DNA of 64,000 nt, taken from Eledone cirrhosa (Eukaryota). The stretch spans positions 271,064,001 to 271,128,000 of the forward strand of contig OZ024741.1 of NCBI GenBank assembly GCA_964016885.1, read 5' to 3'. The notes under the pieces are model-generated. The model made no database searches, was not told where the DNA came from, and saw only the letters and a list, made by a program, of their open reading frames with translations. Positions 13,393-26,541 of the stretch are shown here, in pieces (position 1 is the stretch's first letter; each line of letters opens with the position of its first letter). The translations under genes and the position numbers were made by a program.

Positions 13393-13686
13393 CATATATA
13401 CACACACATACACACACGCAGATATATACGAAGAGGGAAATAAATAGAAAGAGATTGAGAGTGAGAGAGTGAGAGAAAGAGAGGGAGAGAAAGAGAGAGA
13501 GAGAAAGAGAGAGAGTGGGGTGGTGAGGGAGAAATGCAATATTTCCTACAAATATATAAAAAGACAAGATTTTTATTTGTTTTAAATATTTTATTTCAAA
13601 AACTTGTATGAAACACAACAGAGTGGTGAGTAGTGGTGGTGGGAGTTGTGATATGAAGTGGGAGGAGACAAGAAACAAGTCTTGTA

Positions 13687-13790
<104 letters not shown>

Positions 13791-13829
13791 TGTGTGTGTG
13801 TAGGAATAATTGGCACCAGTAGTTGATTA

Positions 13830-14240
13830 TACGAGGGCAATCCCAAAAGTAAGGTCTCCAAAGCGATGGGGACGCAGAGAAACTGTTCGTACGGCTGTTG
13901 GCAACACTGTTGTGATTGGTGCTTCCTTCACTCCCAAACAAGCATGCGCGCGCTTCGGTGGTATGCTCAATCTTCGCTTGGCAGCCGTTGAGAATGGAGC
14001 TCCCGTTGAACGCTACCGCCAAGTGCGAAGTTCGCGCAGTTATTCGGTTTTTGAAGCAAAAGGTGTTGAACCGATTGAAATTCATCGCCAATTGACGGGA
14101 GTGTACGGACAGTCGTTCATGGATGGATGTCAAAAACGTTCGCAAGTGGTGTAGAGAGTTTACAGCCGGTCGTACTGGAATTCTCGACGAACAAAGGAGC
14201 GGGAGACTGTCAATTTCCGACGAGACAGTCGCAATTTTTC
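13830..14240 (+). mobile_element. Mariner DNA transposon 5' fragment (TIR and transposase N-terminus, frameshifted)
   Basis: TA-CGAGGG start; MELPLNATAKCEVRAVIRF..KGVEPIEIHRQL..VYG..NVRKWCREF..GRT..DEQRSGR (mariner HTH). Confidence 0.85.
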
Positions 14241-14378
14241 CGTTAAAATCCTGTGGATGGTGCTTCGAGAAATCTCAGGAACCAAAATGCAAAGAGCATC
14301 CAGAGTGATCCGCCGATCTTTACGCATGTTTTCCTCAACCTTTGCGACTGTCTATATATCAATAATAAAACCATATTT

Positions 14379-14437
14379 ATTTTATTATATATATTTCAAG
14401 GGTACCAAAATTTTGGTACGCACTCATCAGATAAAAT
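14379..14437 (-). ncRNA. Type-I hammerhead motif, family G, in a pLTR fragment (about 14365-14530)
   Basis: attttat-CTGATGA-gtgcgtaccaaaattttggtaccctt-GAAA-tatata-TA-ataaaat; the base of stem II is imperfect. Confidence 0.65.
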
Positions 14438-14526
14438 ACAAAAGTTGTTTTACAGATAGTGACATATTCAAAACTAGAACTTTACGTTTTGAGTTCTGTT
14501 TGAATAGTCAAATTAAATAACTCATT

Positions 14527-14684
<158 letters not shown>

Positions 14685-14895
14685 GTGTGTGTGTGTGTGT
14701 AGATATATATTCTTTTATTCTTTTACCTGTTTCAGCCATCCGGCTGAGGCCATGCTGGGGCACCGCCCGTATATATATATACACACACACACACACATAT
14801 ATATAAATATATATACATACATATATATATACACACATATATAAATATATATATACACACAAACACACGTACACACACACGTACACACACATACA

Positions 14896-15007
<112 letters not shown>

Positions 15008-15444
15008 GCAGAAATGGGCTGTGTTCAAACCTAGAGAGGAGATGGGCTCCGACAAGCAGGTGTCGAAAAAAAAGATGCCGAAGAAACGCCGTTTGTCACT
15101 ACGGTGTCCCACGACTCCACAAGAAGTTAAAGGTTCATACATTCACAGGAGTGTTCTACTAAGACTGTTAATGTTGAAATATGGGAAACGTACTCAACAC
15201 CATTAGAAATATTTATTATATTTAACCAAGGGCAGTTGTATCCAAGGCTGGCGTTGTATATTGTTTTAGCTCGAAACATTAGAACACAAGAGAAAGACAA
15301 TACTTAGATGGGGTTTTAAAAGGGACTGGAGAACATTACATATCTTATGTCTTCCACAGAAATGTAGAATGTAGGAGCTAATGTATGTGTGGAAATATGG
15401 TACACACGTACACACACACATATATACATGCACACACACATATA

Positions 15445-15500
<56 letters not shown>

Positions 15501-15532
15501 CGTACGCACACACATATACACGCACATATATA

Positions 15533-15577
<45 letters not shown>

Positions 15578-15611
15578 GTATATGTATATATATATAACGC
15601 CCAAGAACTTA

Positions 15612-15776
15612 GTAGAGGGTCGGACGCCATGGTTTCCAGTATAGAGTAACATCCCTTTACGATCTGAGTTCAAATCCCGCCAAGATTAACTTTGCCTTTC
15701 ATCCTTACGGGGTCGATAAAATAAAGTACCAGTAATGTACTGGGTATTTGATGGCCTTGTGCCAAAAGTAGAAACA

Positions 15777-15778
<2 letters not shown>
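15612..15778 (+). mobile_element. tRNA-derived SINE
   Basis: Same family as 4150-4336. Confidence 0.85.
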
Positions 15779-15807
<29 letters not shown>

Positions 15808-15809
15808 CA

Positions 15810-15840
<31 letters not shown>

Positions 15841-15859
15841 GTACATATTTATATATATA

Positions 15860-15898
<39 letters not shown>

Positions 15899-16171
15899 AT
15901 ATATGTAAATATATGTATATATATATGTATGTATATATATATGTATATATGTATGTATGTATAATATATATATATGTATATATATATATATATGTACATA
16001 TATATATATGTACATATATATATTTATATGTATATGTACATACATGTATATATATTTATATGTATATGTACATATATATATACATAAATATACATATATA
16101 TATATATATACACACATATATATATAGAGAGAGATAAATATATATCAAATATATAAGAACCGTAGACCAAA

Positions 16172-16255
<84 letters not shown>

Positions 16256-16267
16256 AATATACATATA

Positions 16268-16301
<34 letters not shown>

Positions 16302-16611
16302 CACACACATATATATATATATATATATACACATATCGTAGGTACGCGTGTAACGATAGTTACAAGCGGTTCACCAGTCAGAGCACACAATGCATTTCTA
16401 AAGGTCCGTCACTTGTAGGGTTTATAGGTTTATACTTCTGTGTAGCTAAGAGCTAAGGGCAGCTGTAACTTGCAGAGTGTAAATATAAGTAGGCAGGTAA
16501 ATATAAGTAGGCAGAAATATAAGTAGTCTCAAGATTACTTCATATATAAACTTTATTCACATATGACAATTGTTTCACAAGCAGGCTGTTCCGTATCTTA
16601 CCACACCTTTG

Positions 16612-16647
<36 letters not shown>

Positions 16648-16649
<2 letters not shown>

Positions 16650-16995
16650 CTAGGAATTGATCAACATATATATAAATAAATATAAACATGAAAAATCACA
16701 GGAGATAATTTTTACGAAGTGTAAACATGGATCGCTTGATATTGTTCTTCCTTGTTGATAATCCAATAATATCCACTTTCCGTGACTTACCATCTGATTA
16801 ATTGGTGAAATATATTTCTTTAATGAAATATATACAGGGAAGATTAATCATTAAAAGGTATATATTTTTGAAGTTCTAGTTAACTTTATTTATTTGTTAC
16901 CTACTAGCCATGCGTGGTTACACGCTTGTAAAAATTATCTCCTGTTATTTTTCATGTTTATATTTATTTATATATATGTTGATCAATTCCTAGTT
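16648..16995. repeat. About 80-bp inverted repeat (fold-back or MITE-like) next to (TA)n
   Basis: AACTAGGAATTGATCAAC...GTGTAA at 16648-16724 is the reverse complement of 16918-16996. Confidence 0.8.
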
Positions 16996-17116
16996 ATTAA
17001 AATGCTCGTACTTACAAAGTCCTAGAGCTTATTTTCCGGGCGATATGGCGCATTCCGTTAAGGATTGACACCCATAATTTCGATTCTGATTGAATTCTTT
17101 TAATCTATCTTAATTT

Positions 17117-17158
<42 letters not shown>

Positions 17159-17162
17159 TAGA

Positions 17163-17502
17163 TAAACGATCATTTACATGGAGCTAAGTTTAAAATGTAA
17201 CTTTGAAAAAATAACAGATAAATGTCACAGACTATCCTCTGTGAGGAACAGTCAGATGAAATTTACCTCGTCTTTCCTCTTAGTCCGTAGAAATTAACTA
17301 GACAAATAATCAATTAAACGGAGCTAAGTCTAAAATGCAAGTTTGAAGAAAAAATGTATATAAACTTTACCAAAGTTCTTCCAGTCCCGACTATCGATAG
17401 TTTCGCTCGTACTTGGTGGATATGTCCAATCCTGGTATTATCCATGAGGCTTGGAGCTTCAGTAGGACTAACATTTCTAAAGTGATCGCCGCCAGTAACG
17501 AA
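17163..17502 (-). mobile_element. PLE-type repeat, family E, with a degenerate long-stem-II hammerhead
   Basis: Reverse complement of 55240-55600; gagc-GAAA-ctatcgatag-TC-gggact; internal ~140-bp subrepeats; (TA)n on both sides. Confidence 0.65.
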
Positions 17503-17904
17503 TATATATATATATATATATATTGTATATGTACATGTACATATCGTATTTATATATATGCGAGAAAGTGAAGAACTGTTGACATCCGTCGGTTCCGACG
17601 ACGTGTGTTCCAGTTGTTTGACCAACGGAACAGCCTGCTTGTGAAATTAACATACCTGTGATTGACTATTGCACAAACACGTGTATCCAAAACGTAGTTC
17701 TCAGGAAGATTCTGTGTGACAAGGTACAATTTATTGTTTTCAAGCTAAGTAGACTGGAGTAACGTGAAATAAGATGTTTTGCTCAACACGACATGACTAA
17801 CACAGTTCATTGAGTAAAGATGTACCATCGTTGGGGAGGAAATATAACCACAGCAACAACAATAACAAAAGAAAACAAACAAAAATATTTTCTCTAACCA
17901 CGTC

Positions 17905-18305
17905 ATGAAGATCTCGTTCAGTGAGGCCAGTGTCCCTTGCCAACAGAGTCCTGATGGTTACGTTTGGACGTCCTACTCAGTGGTTTGTATCTGAAGCCCA
18001 GAGCGGACTACCCGATCTCTCATAGCAACATGAAGACCAGTGAGGCCAGTATATCTCGTCAACAGAGTTTTGATGGTTATGTTTGAACGTCCTACTCGGT
18101 ACTTTGCATCTAATGACCAGAGAAGCAGTTTTCCTGCATGTTCATGATGGCAGGAAACATGACCAGCAGGAGCCAAGCGACGCGATCGAACTTTCGATGA
18201 ATCGATGAAACATGTGGCAGCCACTATAAAGAACTTTGTTAGTAGTGTGACTTTGCCATGAAATGTTGAACACCACATGTAACATCTTGGTGTAGGAACC
18301 CTCAA
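17905..18305 (-). pseudogene. RTE/RTE-X-like LINE C-terminal fragment with a duplicated 3' piece
   Basis: LEGSYTKMLHVVFNISWQSHTTNKVLY..RRLA.AGHVS..KLLLW..VGR..TGL..AMRDR. Confidence 0.75.
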
Positions 18306-19690
18306 GTCTCATTGAGTGGGCAACACTGAGAGACCAGGATTGTAAAGGGTTTAAATTTACTTTTAAATTTGAATCACCAATTGAAATATGCACAGCCCAA
18401 CGCAAATGACCATAACGATGATAGTCGATCACTATAAACAATAGCTGAGAGAATTGGATAGAGCTTGCGATGAGGAATCGAATCCCACATCTTTTGGTAA
18501 AGAGCCACTAATTATTAATTATATTTATTTAGAAGATTTTAAGTCTTTAGTTAGAAATATAAATAAAGAGGCTGATTTAAGAAGTTTTTAAAAGTCAGCT
18601 GTTGAATATTTTTTTTGTTTTACCACAGGATTTACTACAGAAATTTGCCATTTAATCTACCACATAGGTGGCAAATTGCCAGAATCGGTAGAGTGTCGGA
18701 GTAAATACTTCAGTATTTTTTCCGACTCGCTGTGCTCTGATTTCAAATTCTGCTGAGGTCAACTTTGCCCTGTCTTTGATCCTTTTGGGGTCGATAAATA
18801 AAGTAACAGCCAAAGAGTAGGACAAAATGCCTTACGGTGTCTGATTAGTTCTGGGTGTGTTCAGAGTTCAAATTCCGCCCCCTTTTGCCAGGAGTTGCAA
18901 CCGGAAGGTAGTAACAGTGGCAGAAAGACCGAAGAAAACCATATTTCCTTGATCTGATCTAATGATCAGCTTCTTTCTTCTGCCTGGAGTTGTGACTGAC
19001 AGATTGTATCAACAATAGAAAGACCAATGGAAAGATTGTTTCCTTGGTCCGATCATCAGATCAGTTCCATACCTTTCTTCTTTACTCATAGTCCAGTGGT
19101 AAATTCGTTGACAATTTGTTACATATAACAAAGGGTGTTACTCACCAGGATAGTTTATCCGAATTTCTTTTTAAAATATAGTGATTGGTCGAGCTTAGTT
19201 AATCATTTTTTTAGGAATACGGTTGGGGAGAAGTTGAATGGTTGAACACCGCTTGTCTTAAAACGTGTGTTATCTGGGAATTGTTGTCATATTGAAAATT
19301 GGAGTTGGTTAGGTTGTAGGCAGTTCGTTGTCATCTGGGATTTAGGGGACGGGCGGGAGTTGATGTTAAATAGTTACTTCGTTGAATACACGTGTGAGTG
19401 GCGACAGCAATCCTCCAGCCCTTTGTCCATTTTATAAAAGTCTACTTCTTAGAACAAAGATCATTGTTTAAAACTGTTCCCCTTCCTAACCCTAACCACA
19501 TGGCCCTATCATACAAAGTTATTTGTTTCAAAGATTTTATATCATTTAAAAATCCTTCCACATGATTTTATATCAGAACCTTCGTTATGTTTTGTTCCAA
19601 ACACCAACTTAATAGTGATAAAGTTAGTTATTTTATTTTACTTAATTTTTCCAAATCCTTGATTATTTTCAAAATTATTTGAAAATCTTT

Positions 19691-20403
19691 GGCAGTGTCT
19701 TTCATTAGAAATATGGTAATGAAAGGGTTAAACCACATAGGCAGTGTCTTTCATTAGAAATATGGCAATGAAAGGGTTAAACAACATAAGCAGTCTCTTT
19801 CATTAGAAATATGGCAATGAAAGGGTTAAACCACATAGACAGTGTCTTTCATTAGAAATATGGCAATGAAAGGGTTAAACCACATAGACAGTGTCTTTCA
19901 TTAGAAATATGGCAATGAAAGGGTTAAACAACATAGGCTGTGTCTTTCATTAGAAATATGGCAATGAAATGGTTACACCGCATAGACAGTGTCTTTTATT
20001 AGAAATATGGTAATGAAAGCGTTAAACGACATAGGCAGCGTCTTTCATTAGAAATATGGTAATGAAAGGGTTAAACCACATAGGCAGTGTCTTTCATTAG
20101 AAATATGGTAATGAAAGGGTTAAACCACATAGACAGTGTCTTTTATTAGAAATATGGCAACGAACGGGTTAAATAACATAGGCAGTGTCTTTCATTAGAA
20201 ATATGGTAATGAAAGTGTTAAAAAATATAAACAGTGTCTTTCATTAGAAATATGGCAATGAAAGGGTTAAACAACATAGGCAGTGTCTTTCATTAGAAAT
20301 ATGGTAATGAAAGGGTTAAACAACATAGACAGTGTCTTTCATTAGAAATATGGTAATGAAAGGGTTAAACAACATAGACAGTGTCTTTCATTAGAAATAT
20401 GGT
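19691..20403. repeat. 49-bp minisatellite, about 14.5 copies
   Basis: Unit GGCAGTGTCTTTCATTAGAAATATGGTAATGAAAGGGTTAAACCACATA. Confidence 0.95.
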
Positions 20404-20906
20404 ATGCGAAAGGCTAAAAAAATGTTTATTAACATGGCTATTTACATGTTGCCGATTCTATCGCTTACCTTGCAAAACACAAGGAACGGTGGCAAATATT
20501 TTAACTGTGGCCCCCGAGTTATCAAAGCACACCTGTACCTTTTCGTTTTACGATTTACACCAGACGAAGACAAAAATACCATTTTTGTTGTTGTTTTTGG
20601 TGCTGGAGGATGGAGGCTGATTATTTTTCAGTGAAACTCGTGAAAACAATATTTTTCTCATTTATTTTGCATCTCTTTCTGGACTCGGAGAGTGTGACTG
20701 AGGTAAGGCGACACACATTTCTAATATTGCTTTTGTTTGGGGAAGTTTTGACAGAGATTTTGTTTTTCTTTTCTTTGTTTTTCAGCAGTGGGGGTTGCCT
20801 GCTAGTTCTGGCTTGGAGGAATGCTTCAGACCATCCTGTGTTTTACCATCTAGACCTCCGACTACTCTTCCGTTGAAGGTGAAAGGCCACGTCTACAATA
20901 ATAATA

Positions 20907-20963
<57 letters not shown>

Positions 20964-21132
20964 GTTTCGTTATTGGCCACATGGGCTAATATGAAGAAAA
21001 ACATTACAGACGGCACAGGACGATACAAAGTGGGTTTTGGCCGTGTAAAAAGGTTATAAAAGACAGAAACGTGTAAAATAAATTAAAATTCAAACAACAA
21101 AAATTCTCCAATAAGGGGGAAGCTTCCAGCAA

Positions 21133-21465
21133 TTTTGGGGTAGGAGAAAGTCAATTAAATCGACCCCAATGTGTTACGGGTGCTTTATTTATCGACCCCG
21201 TAAGAATGAAAGGCAAGGCTAAACTCGGCGGGATTTGAACTCAGGACGTAAAGGGCCATAACTCTATGCTACAATGCATGGTGTCTGACGCTCTACCGAT
21301 ACTGCCAATCCACCAGACTAATAATAATTGTTTCTACTTTTGGCACAAGGCCAGCAATTACCCAGTGTATTACTTGTACTTTATTTTATCGACCCCGTAA
21401 GGATGAAAGGCAAAGTAAACCTCGGCGGGATTTGAACTCAGAATGGCAAGGGCCGTAACTCCAGA
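21133..21465 (-). mobile_element. Two tandem tRNA-SINE copies
   Basis: Reverse complement of the 4150-family SINE at about 21133-21320 and 21328-21465. Confidence 0.85.
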
Positions 21466-21480
21466 CTAATAATAATAAGT

Positions 21481-22002
21481 GACGTACAGCCTGAAACAAT
21501 TGACCATATAATATCAGGATATCCTACACTAGCATCAACTGAATATAAGATTAGTCATGATAGGGTGGGGCAATAGATCCACTGGATAATATGCAAAAAA
21601 TACAATGCAGAACATGCAGAAAACTGGTATCAACACAAACCACAACCAGTAACTGAGACTGAAGGAGCAATAATATTTTAGGACTTTACCATTCATACAG
21701 ATCACACTATTAATGGAATTGATATTATTATTAAAGATTTAAAAAACAACACTTGCTTTCTCATTAACACGGTTGTACCACCATATAGAAACGTGTCAAC
21801 AAAAAAAGTATCAGAAACTTGTTAATTATAAAGATCTTGAAATTGAGATAAACAGAATGTGGCACCTTAAAAGCCAAACTACTCCAGTAGTGATAGGAGC
21901 TCTAGGTGTCATAAAGAAAGGCGTTCAAAATTTTCTAGAAAACATACCTGGTACACCATCTATGAAATCCAAAAGATAGTTCTAACATGTACCGCCCACA
22001 TC
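21481..22002 (+). pseudogene. R4/Dong-like RLE non-LTR retrotransposon, C-terminal fragment
   Basis: ETIDHIISG.P.LA.TEYK..HD.V..IHW.ICKKY..WY.HKP..V.E..DF.I.TD..DIII..KYKDLEIEI.RMW..PVVIGALG; stops and frameshifts; preceded by (TAA)n. Confidence 0.85.
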
Positions 22003-22082
22003 GTAAATTTTAGTCTTTGTAATAAATGTCAACACACAATCTTTTCTGTTTAAATTTTAGAGCAAATTTAATTAATATTTAA

Positions 22083-22251
22083 TTGTTTCTACTTTTGGCA
22101 CAAGACCAGCAATTATCCCAGTACATTACTGGTACTTTATTTAATCGACCCCATAAGGATGAAAGGCAAAGTTAACCTCGACGGGATTTGAACTCAGACA
22201 GTAAAGGGGCGTAACTCTATGCTGCAAAGCATGGCGTCCCACTCTCTACCA
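22083..22251 (-). mobile_element. tRNA-derived SINE
   Basis: Reverse complement of the 4150-family SINE. Confidence 0.85.
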
Positions 22252-22289
22252 TTCAAATATCTTTATTGAAAAATCAATTCGAATCTTTT

Positions 22290-22710
22290 ATACTCCTTAA
22301 TACTTCTTTTTATCTCCTCCTGCTCCTACCTTTTTATCTCCTCCTACTCCTACCCTTTTATCTCCTCCTACCTTTTTATATCCTCCTACTCCTACCTTTT
22401 TATCACGTCATACTCCTACCTTTTTATCTCCTCCTACTCCTACCCTTTTAACTCCTCCTACTCCTACCCTTTTATCTCCTCCTACTCCTACCCTTTTATC
22501 TCCTCCTACCTTTTTATATCCTCCTACTCCTACCTTTTTATCACGTCATACTCCTACCTTTTTATATCCTCCTACTCCTACATTTTTATCTCCTCCTACT
22601 CCTACCTTTTTATATCCTCCTACTCCTACATTTTTATCTCCTCCTATTCCTACCCTTTTATCTCCTCCTACTCCTACCTTTTTATCTCCCCCTACTTCAA
22701 CCTTTTTATA
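22290..22710. repeat. About 24-bp pyrimidine-rich minisatellite
   Basis: Repeats of CTCCTCCTACTCCTACCTTTTTAT with shorter 18-bp variants. Confidence 0.9.
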
Positions 22711-22859
22711 TTTTCACTTGTTTAGACTCTCTTTCTTCCTTTCTCTCCAGCTCTTCGTTCAATACATGGTTATATCTTAACCCGACCTTTTACTATACAT
22801 ATAGTATTCAGCTGTTTACAGCTACCCTTCGTGCTGATAATCCTACAATTTTATGAAAA

Positions 22860-22913
<54 letters not shown>

Positions 22914-22916
<3 letters not shown>

Positions 22917-24263
22917 GTTATACATTAATATATATGATAAACACAAAACGTGTTAGCTATCAATGAAATAAACTAATTAAAGTGAATACAATTCGTCTGT
23001 CTCGATATAAGTCAATAAAGACAAGCTTATATTGGCATGTATAACATGTATTTAACTGCTCGGAAATGCCTCTTTCTTGGAGCTGATTAATTGTAAACGA
23101 CTGAGAGTTTAATCTCAAAATATAATATAGTATATTGCTCCTTAACTGTAGAGCTGATCTTTAATCCCGTATAAACGGCTGTTATTTCTAGCACCGGGAA
23201 TGCGGGACGGCTAGCTTGGCTGGCTACACACACGTGTAGTCAGACCTGCAAAATTTTTGATGGTGAAATGTACTAATTTTACTGGATTCCTGTTGATAAG
23301 CACAGAAGATTTGGATATTTCACTTTTTATTTCAATTCCATTTCGATTCTCTTTATTTTTCAATTCATGTACCATCGTTGCGAAACATATTTAGGTTTCG
23401 AAGTTCAAATTCATCTACGGAGCGGGTTTGGATTTTGAAATTTAGATTTGTCCAGGAATCATGGCTTTTGCCAATATAAGCTTGTCTTTATTGACTTATA
23501 TCGAAACAGACAAATTGTATTCACTTTAATTAGTTTATTTCATTGATAGCTAACTTTGTCTGTTGCAATGCAAACACGTTTTGTGTTTATCATATATATT
23601 AATGTATAACATGTATTTAACTGCTCGGAAATGCCTCTTTCTTGGAGCTGATTAATTGTAAACGACTGAGAGTTTAATCTCAAAATATAATATAGTATAT
23701 TGCTCCTTAACTGTAGAGCTGATCTTTAATCCCGTATAAACGGCTGTTATTTCTAGCACCGGGAATGCGGGACGGCTAGCTTGGCTGGCTACACACACGT
23801 GTAGTCAGACCTGCAAAATTTTTGATGGTGAAATGTACTAATTTTACTGGATTCCTGTTGATAAGCACAGAAGATTTGGATATTTCACTTTTTATTTCAA
23901 TTCCATTTCGATTCTCTTTATTTTTCAATTCATGTACCATCGTTGCGAAACATATTTAGGTTTCGAAGTTCAAATTCATCTACGGAGCGGGTTTGGATTT
24001 TGAAATTTAGATTTGTCCAGGAATCATGGCTTTTGCCAATATAAGCTTGTCTTTATTGACTTATATCGAAACAGACAAATTGTATTCACTTTAATTAGTT
24101 TATTTCATTGATAGCTAACTTTGTCTGTTGCAATGCAAACACGTTTTGTGTTTATCATATATATTAATGTATAACATGTATTTAACTGCTCGGAAATGCC
24201 TCTTTCTTGGAGCTGATTAATTGTAAACGACTGAGAGTTTAATCTCAAAATATAATATAGTAT
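22914..24263 (+). repeat. 565-bp tandem repeat (about 2.2 copies) with an inverted head, inside (TA)n
   Basis: ATAACATGTATTTAACTGCTCGG recurs at 23041, 23606 and 24171; 22914-23037 is the reverse complement of about 23470-23613. Confidence 0.92.
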
Positions 24264-25065
24264 ATATATATATATATATATCTGTTAGACACGCAGTGAC
24301 TAACAACAGAATGTTTTAAGTCTGCGTGTCTGACATGATGACATACATGCGTAGCTTGTGAATACAAATTTCAAGGGATATCGCTGGCCGTGGTGATGTC
24401 TCCCAAATATATTTTGTAATGTATCGTCTTATTGGCTAATTTCATCGTCTTATTGGCTAATCAACCAACGAGAGTAATTGTTGCTCAAAAGCATCCGCCA
24501 ATTTGTTTGCACGTTTATTTATCGTTTCGCTTTCGAATCTTCCTCCAGTATTTCGTCGTTTTATCATCAAAATATTTTTCTCGTTTTGGTAAGTTATATT
24601 GTTAATTTATATATGATTTTTTAAATTTATATTAACTATTAAAAGTCTGAAAATATTGTTATACATCTTACAATAATATTTATAAGATCATTTATAAAAT
24701 AACAATTATATAATCTAATTACATTATAACGATAATTTATTATTAATATATATCAGGTTTAACTAGAGTTATTACAAGCGTTGCCTTAAAAAGATATTAA
24801 ACTGACCTGAAAAATGTGCAAACTCAAAAGAGCCACAGAATGTTATAATAAACCTTCAAAGGTGTGGGACTAGAGTTGTTGCTCAAAAATATTGTAATCA
24901 TTATCTATCGTACACTCTGTGGCATCCTTTTATAAAAAAGAGACTCATAACGAACTCAAGATGACACGATAATTATTTAAGTGAATTTATAATATAGAAT
25001 TCGGTTTAAGTGCATTTCGTATTAATCATTACTAAACATCTAATATGAAATATTGAACATTAGCT

Positions 25066-25198
25066 ACCTCCCTACTCACCACCATAGGCGTTGAGCTGGC
25101 CAGTCGCAGGTGTGAACCCCGCGAGTTAGAGTGGCTTTTCCAAAGCGTCTCCCTTGCCGTCCTCCGTGGGAACGCCTTCTCCACCCTGTCCGCCGGGG
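25066..25198 (+). pseudogene. CRE-like RLE retrotransposon, extreme C-terminus
   Basis: TIGVELASRRCEPRELEWLFQSVSLAVLRGNAFST resembles the LFQR.S.A..RGNA motif; followed by (GT)n. Confidence 0.65.
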
Positions 25199-25319
25199 TT
25201 GTGTGTGTGTGTGGTGGTGGGGGAGGGGGCCCATAGCGTAACATTCCATATTTAGGTATCCACATAAATGTTATTACATCATCAACGACGATAATACCAT
25301 ACTAAATTATTTACTGACT

Positions 25320-26432
25320 TTAATTAATAGAGTTTTGACAGTTAATTATATAAAAAATTTCCTCCATACACAAATGACAGATTCTTGAGAAAGCCACATT
25401 TCGGTATGCAGGTGCTTTCGAAATCGTTCCCCAAGATATTGAATAGTCTATATTGTTGACCTTTAAATTCCAAATTAGATGTGAAAGTGAAGTGGAAGAT
25501 ATTTTATCGGACCTATTAAATGTATGTTTGTGGTTGTACCAGCGTTCTTTGAATTTTGTAGAAATGGCACCTTTATAGTTAAATATTTTGTCTCTAGTTT
25601 TTACTGTGCATTTATAAATTAAGTTTTTGTCTAGGCAATTGTTTTGTAAAGGGCAGTTTGATTCAATTCTACAGTTACATTTTCTGGAGTTGTTGTTACT
25701 AGGAACGGTACTATTATTATGAATATTGTTATTAGAAATATTATTATTGCTAGCTTGGTTTGTTTGGTTAGGGTTTAAATATAAGTTTCTATTATTAATT
25801 CTATTTATATTTTGTGCTATGTTCATAGTAGTAGAGTAAGATAGTTTTATAGTGTGTCTGTTAAAAATAGAGTGGTATCTGTGGGCTTTAGGAAAACACT
25901 TAACCAGTGCTTTGAAAAATAGTTTTGCTACAGGTGTTTTAACGCCTAATGAGAATGGGGGAGAGTACCAAATAATATTTCTAGTTCTAGTTTTTTTGTT
26001 TGGTTTACTATTTAAGTTGAATTGGTTATTGTAATTATAGTGAATTCTTGGATGATTTATCATGTTATTGTTGTCTAAGTATTTAATTTTATTCGAGTAT
26101 CATGCTCTATGTAAAGCCTCATTGTAATATTCTCCTTATCATCAAAAATATATTTATTAGCAGAGAAGCGTGAAATCCGTTGTTGGACGCTATTGACAAT
26201 AGTGTTTTTAATATTTCTAGGATGATTAGAATTGGAACTTACGTAATATAGATTTTCATTAATTTTATGGAATGGATAATAAAGACCTGAGCTAAGGTAT
26301 AATAAAATAAATATGGTTTTATAAATATAGTTTCCATTTATTAATATCATTGATATTATACTCCAGAAAATTGTCGACTGCTTCGAATCAGTTATAAATA
26401 TATATATTTGTTGAATTACCAACAAATTAAAT
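25320..26432 (-). mobile_element. 5'-truncated Naiad-type PLE (RT thumb, linker, GIY-YIG) with an inverted family G pLTR at the 5' junction
   Basis: YYPFHK.N..L.YV..SNHP; RNIIWYSPPFS; IKLSYS; CNCR..CPL..C; LIYKC; FKERW.NH; CHLC.EE. 26297-26432 matches 63250-63382. Confidence 0.88.
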
Positions 26433-26442
26433 ATCCCTTTTG

Positions 26443-26534
<92 letters not shown>

Positions 26535-26541
<7 letters not shown>

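Noticed and set aside
19691-20403. CRISPR-like array
   Set aside because: Contiguous 49-bp units without unique spacers, in a eukaryotic context
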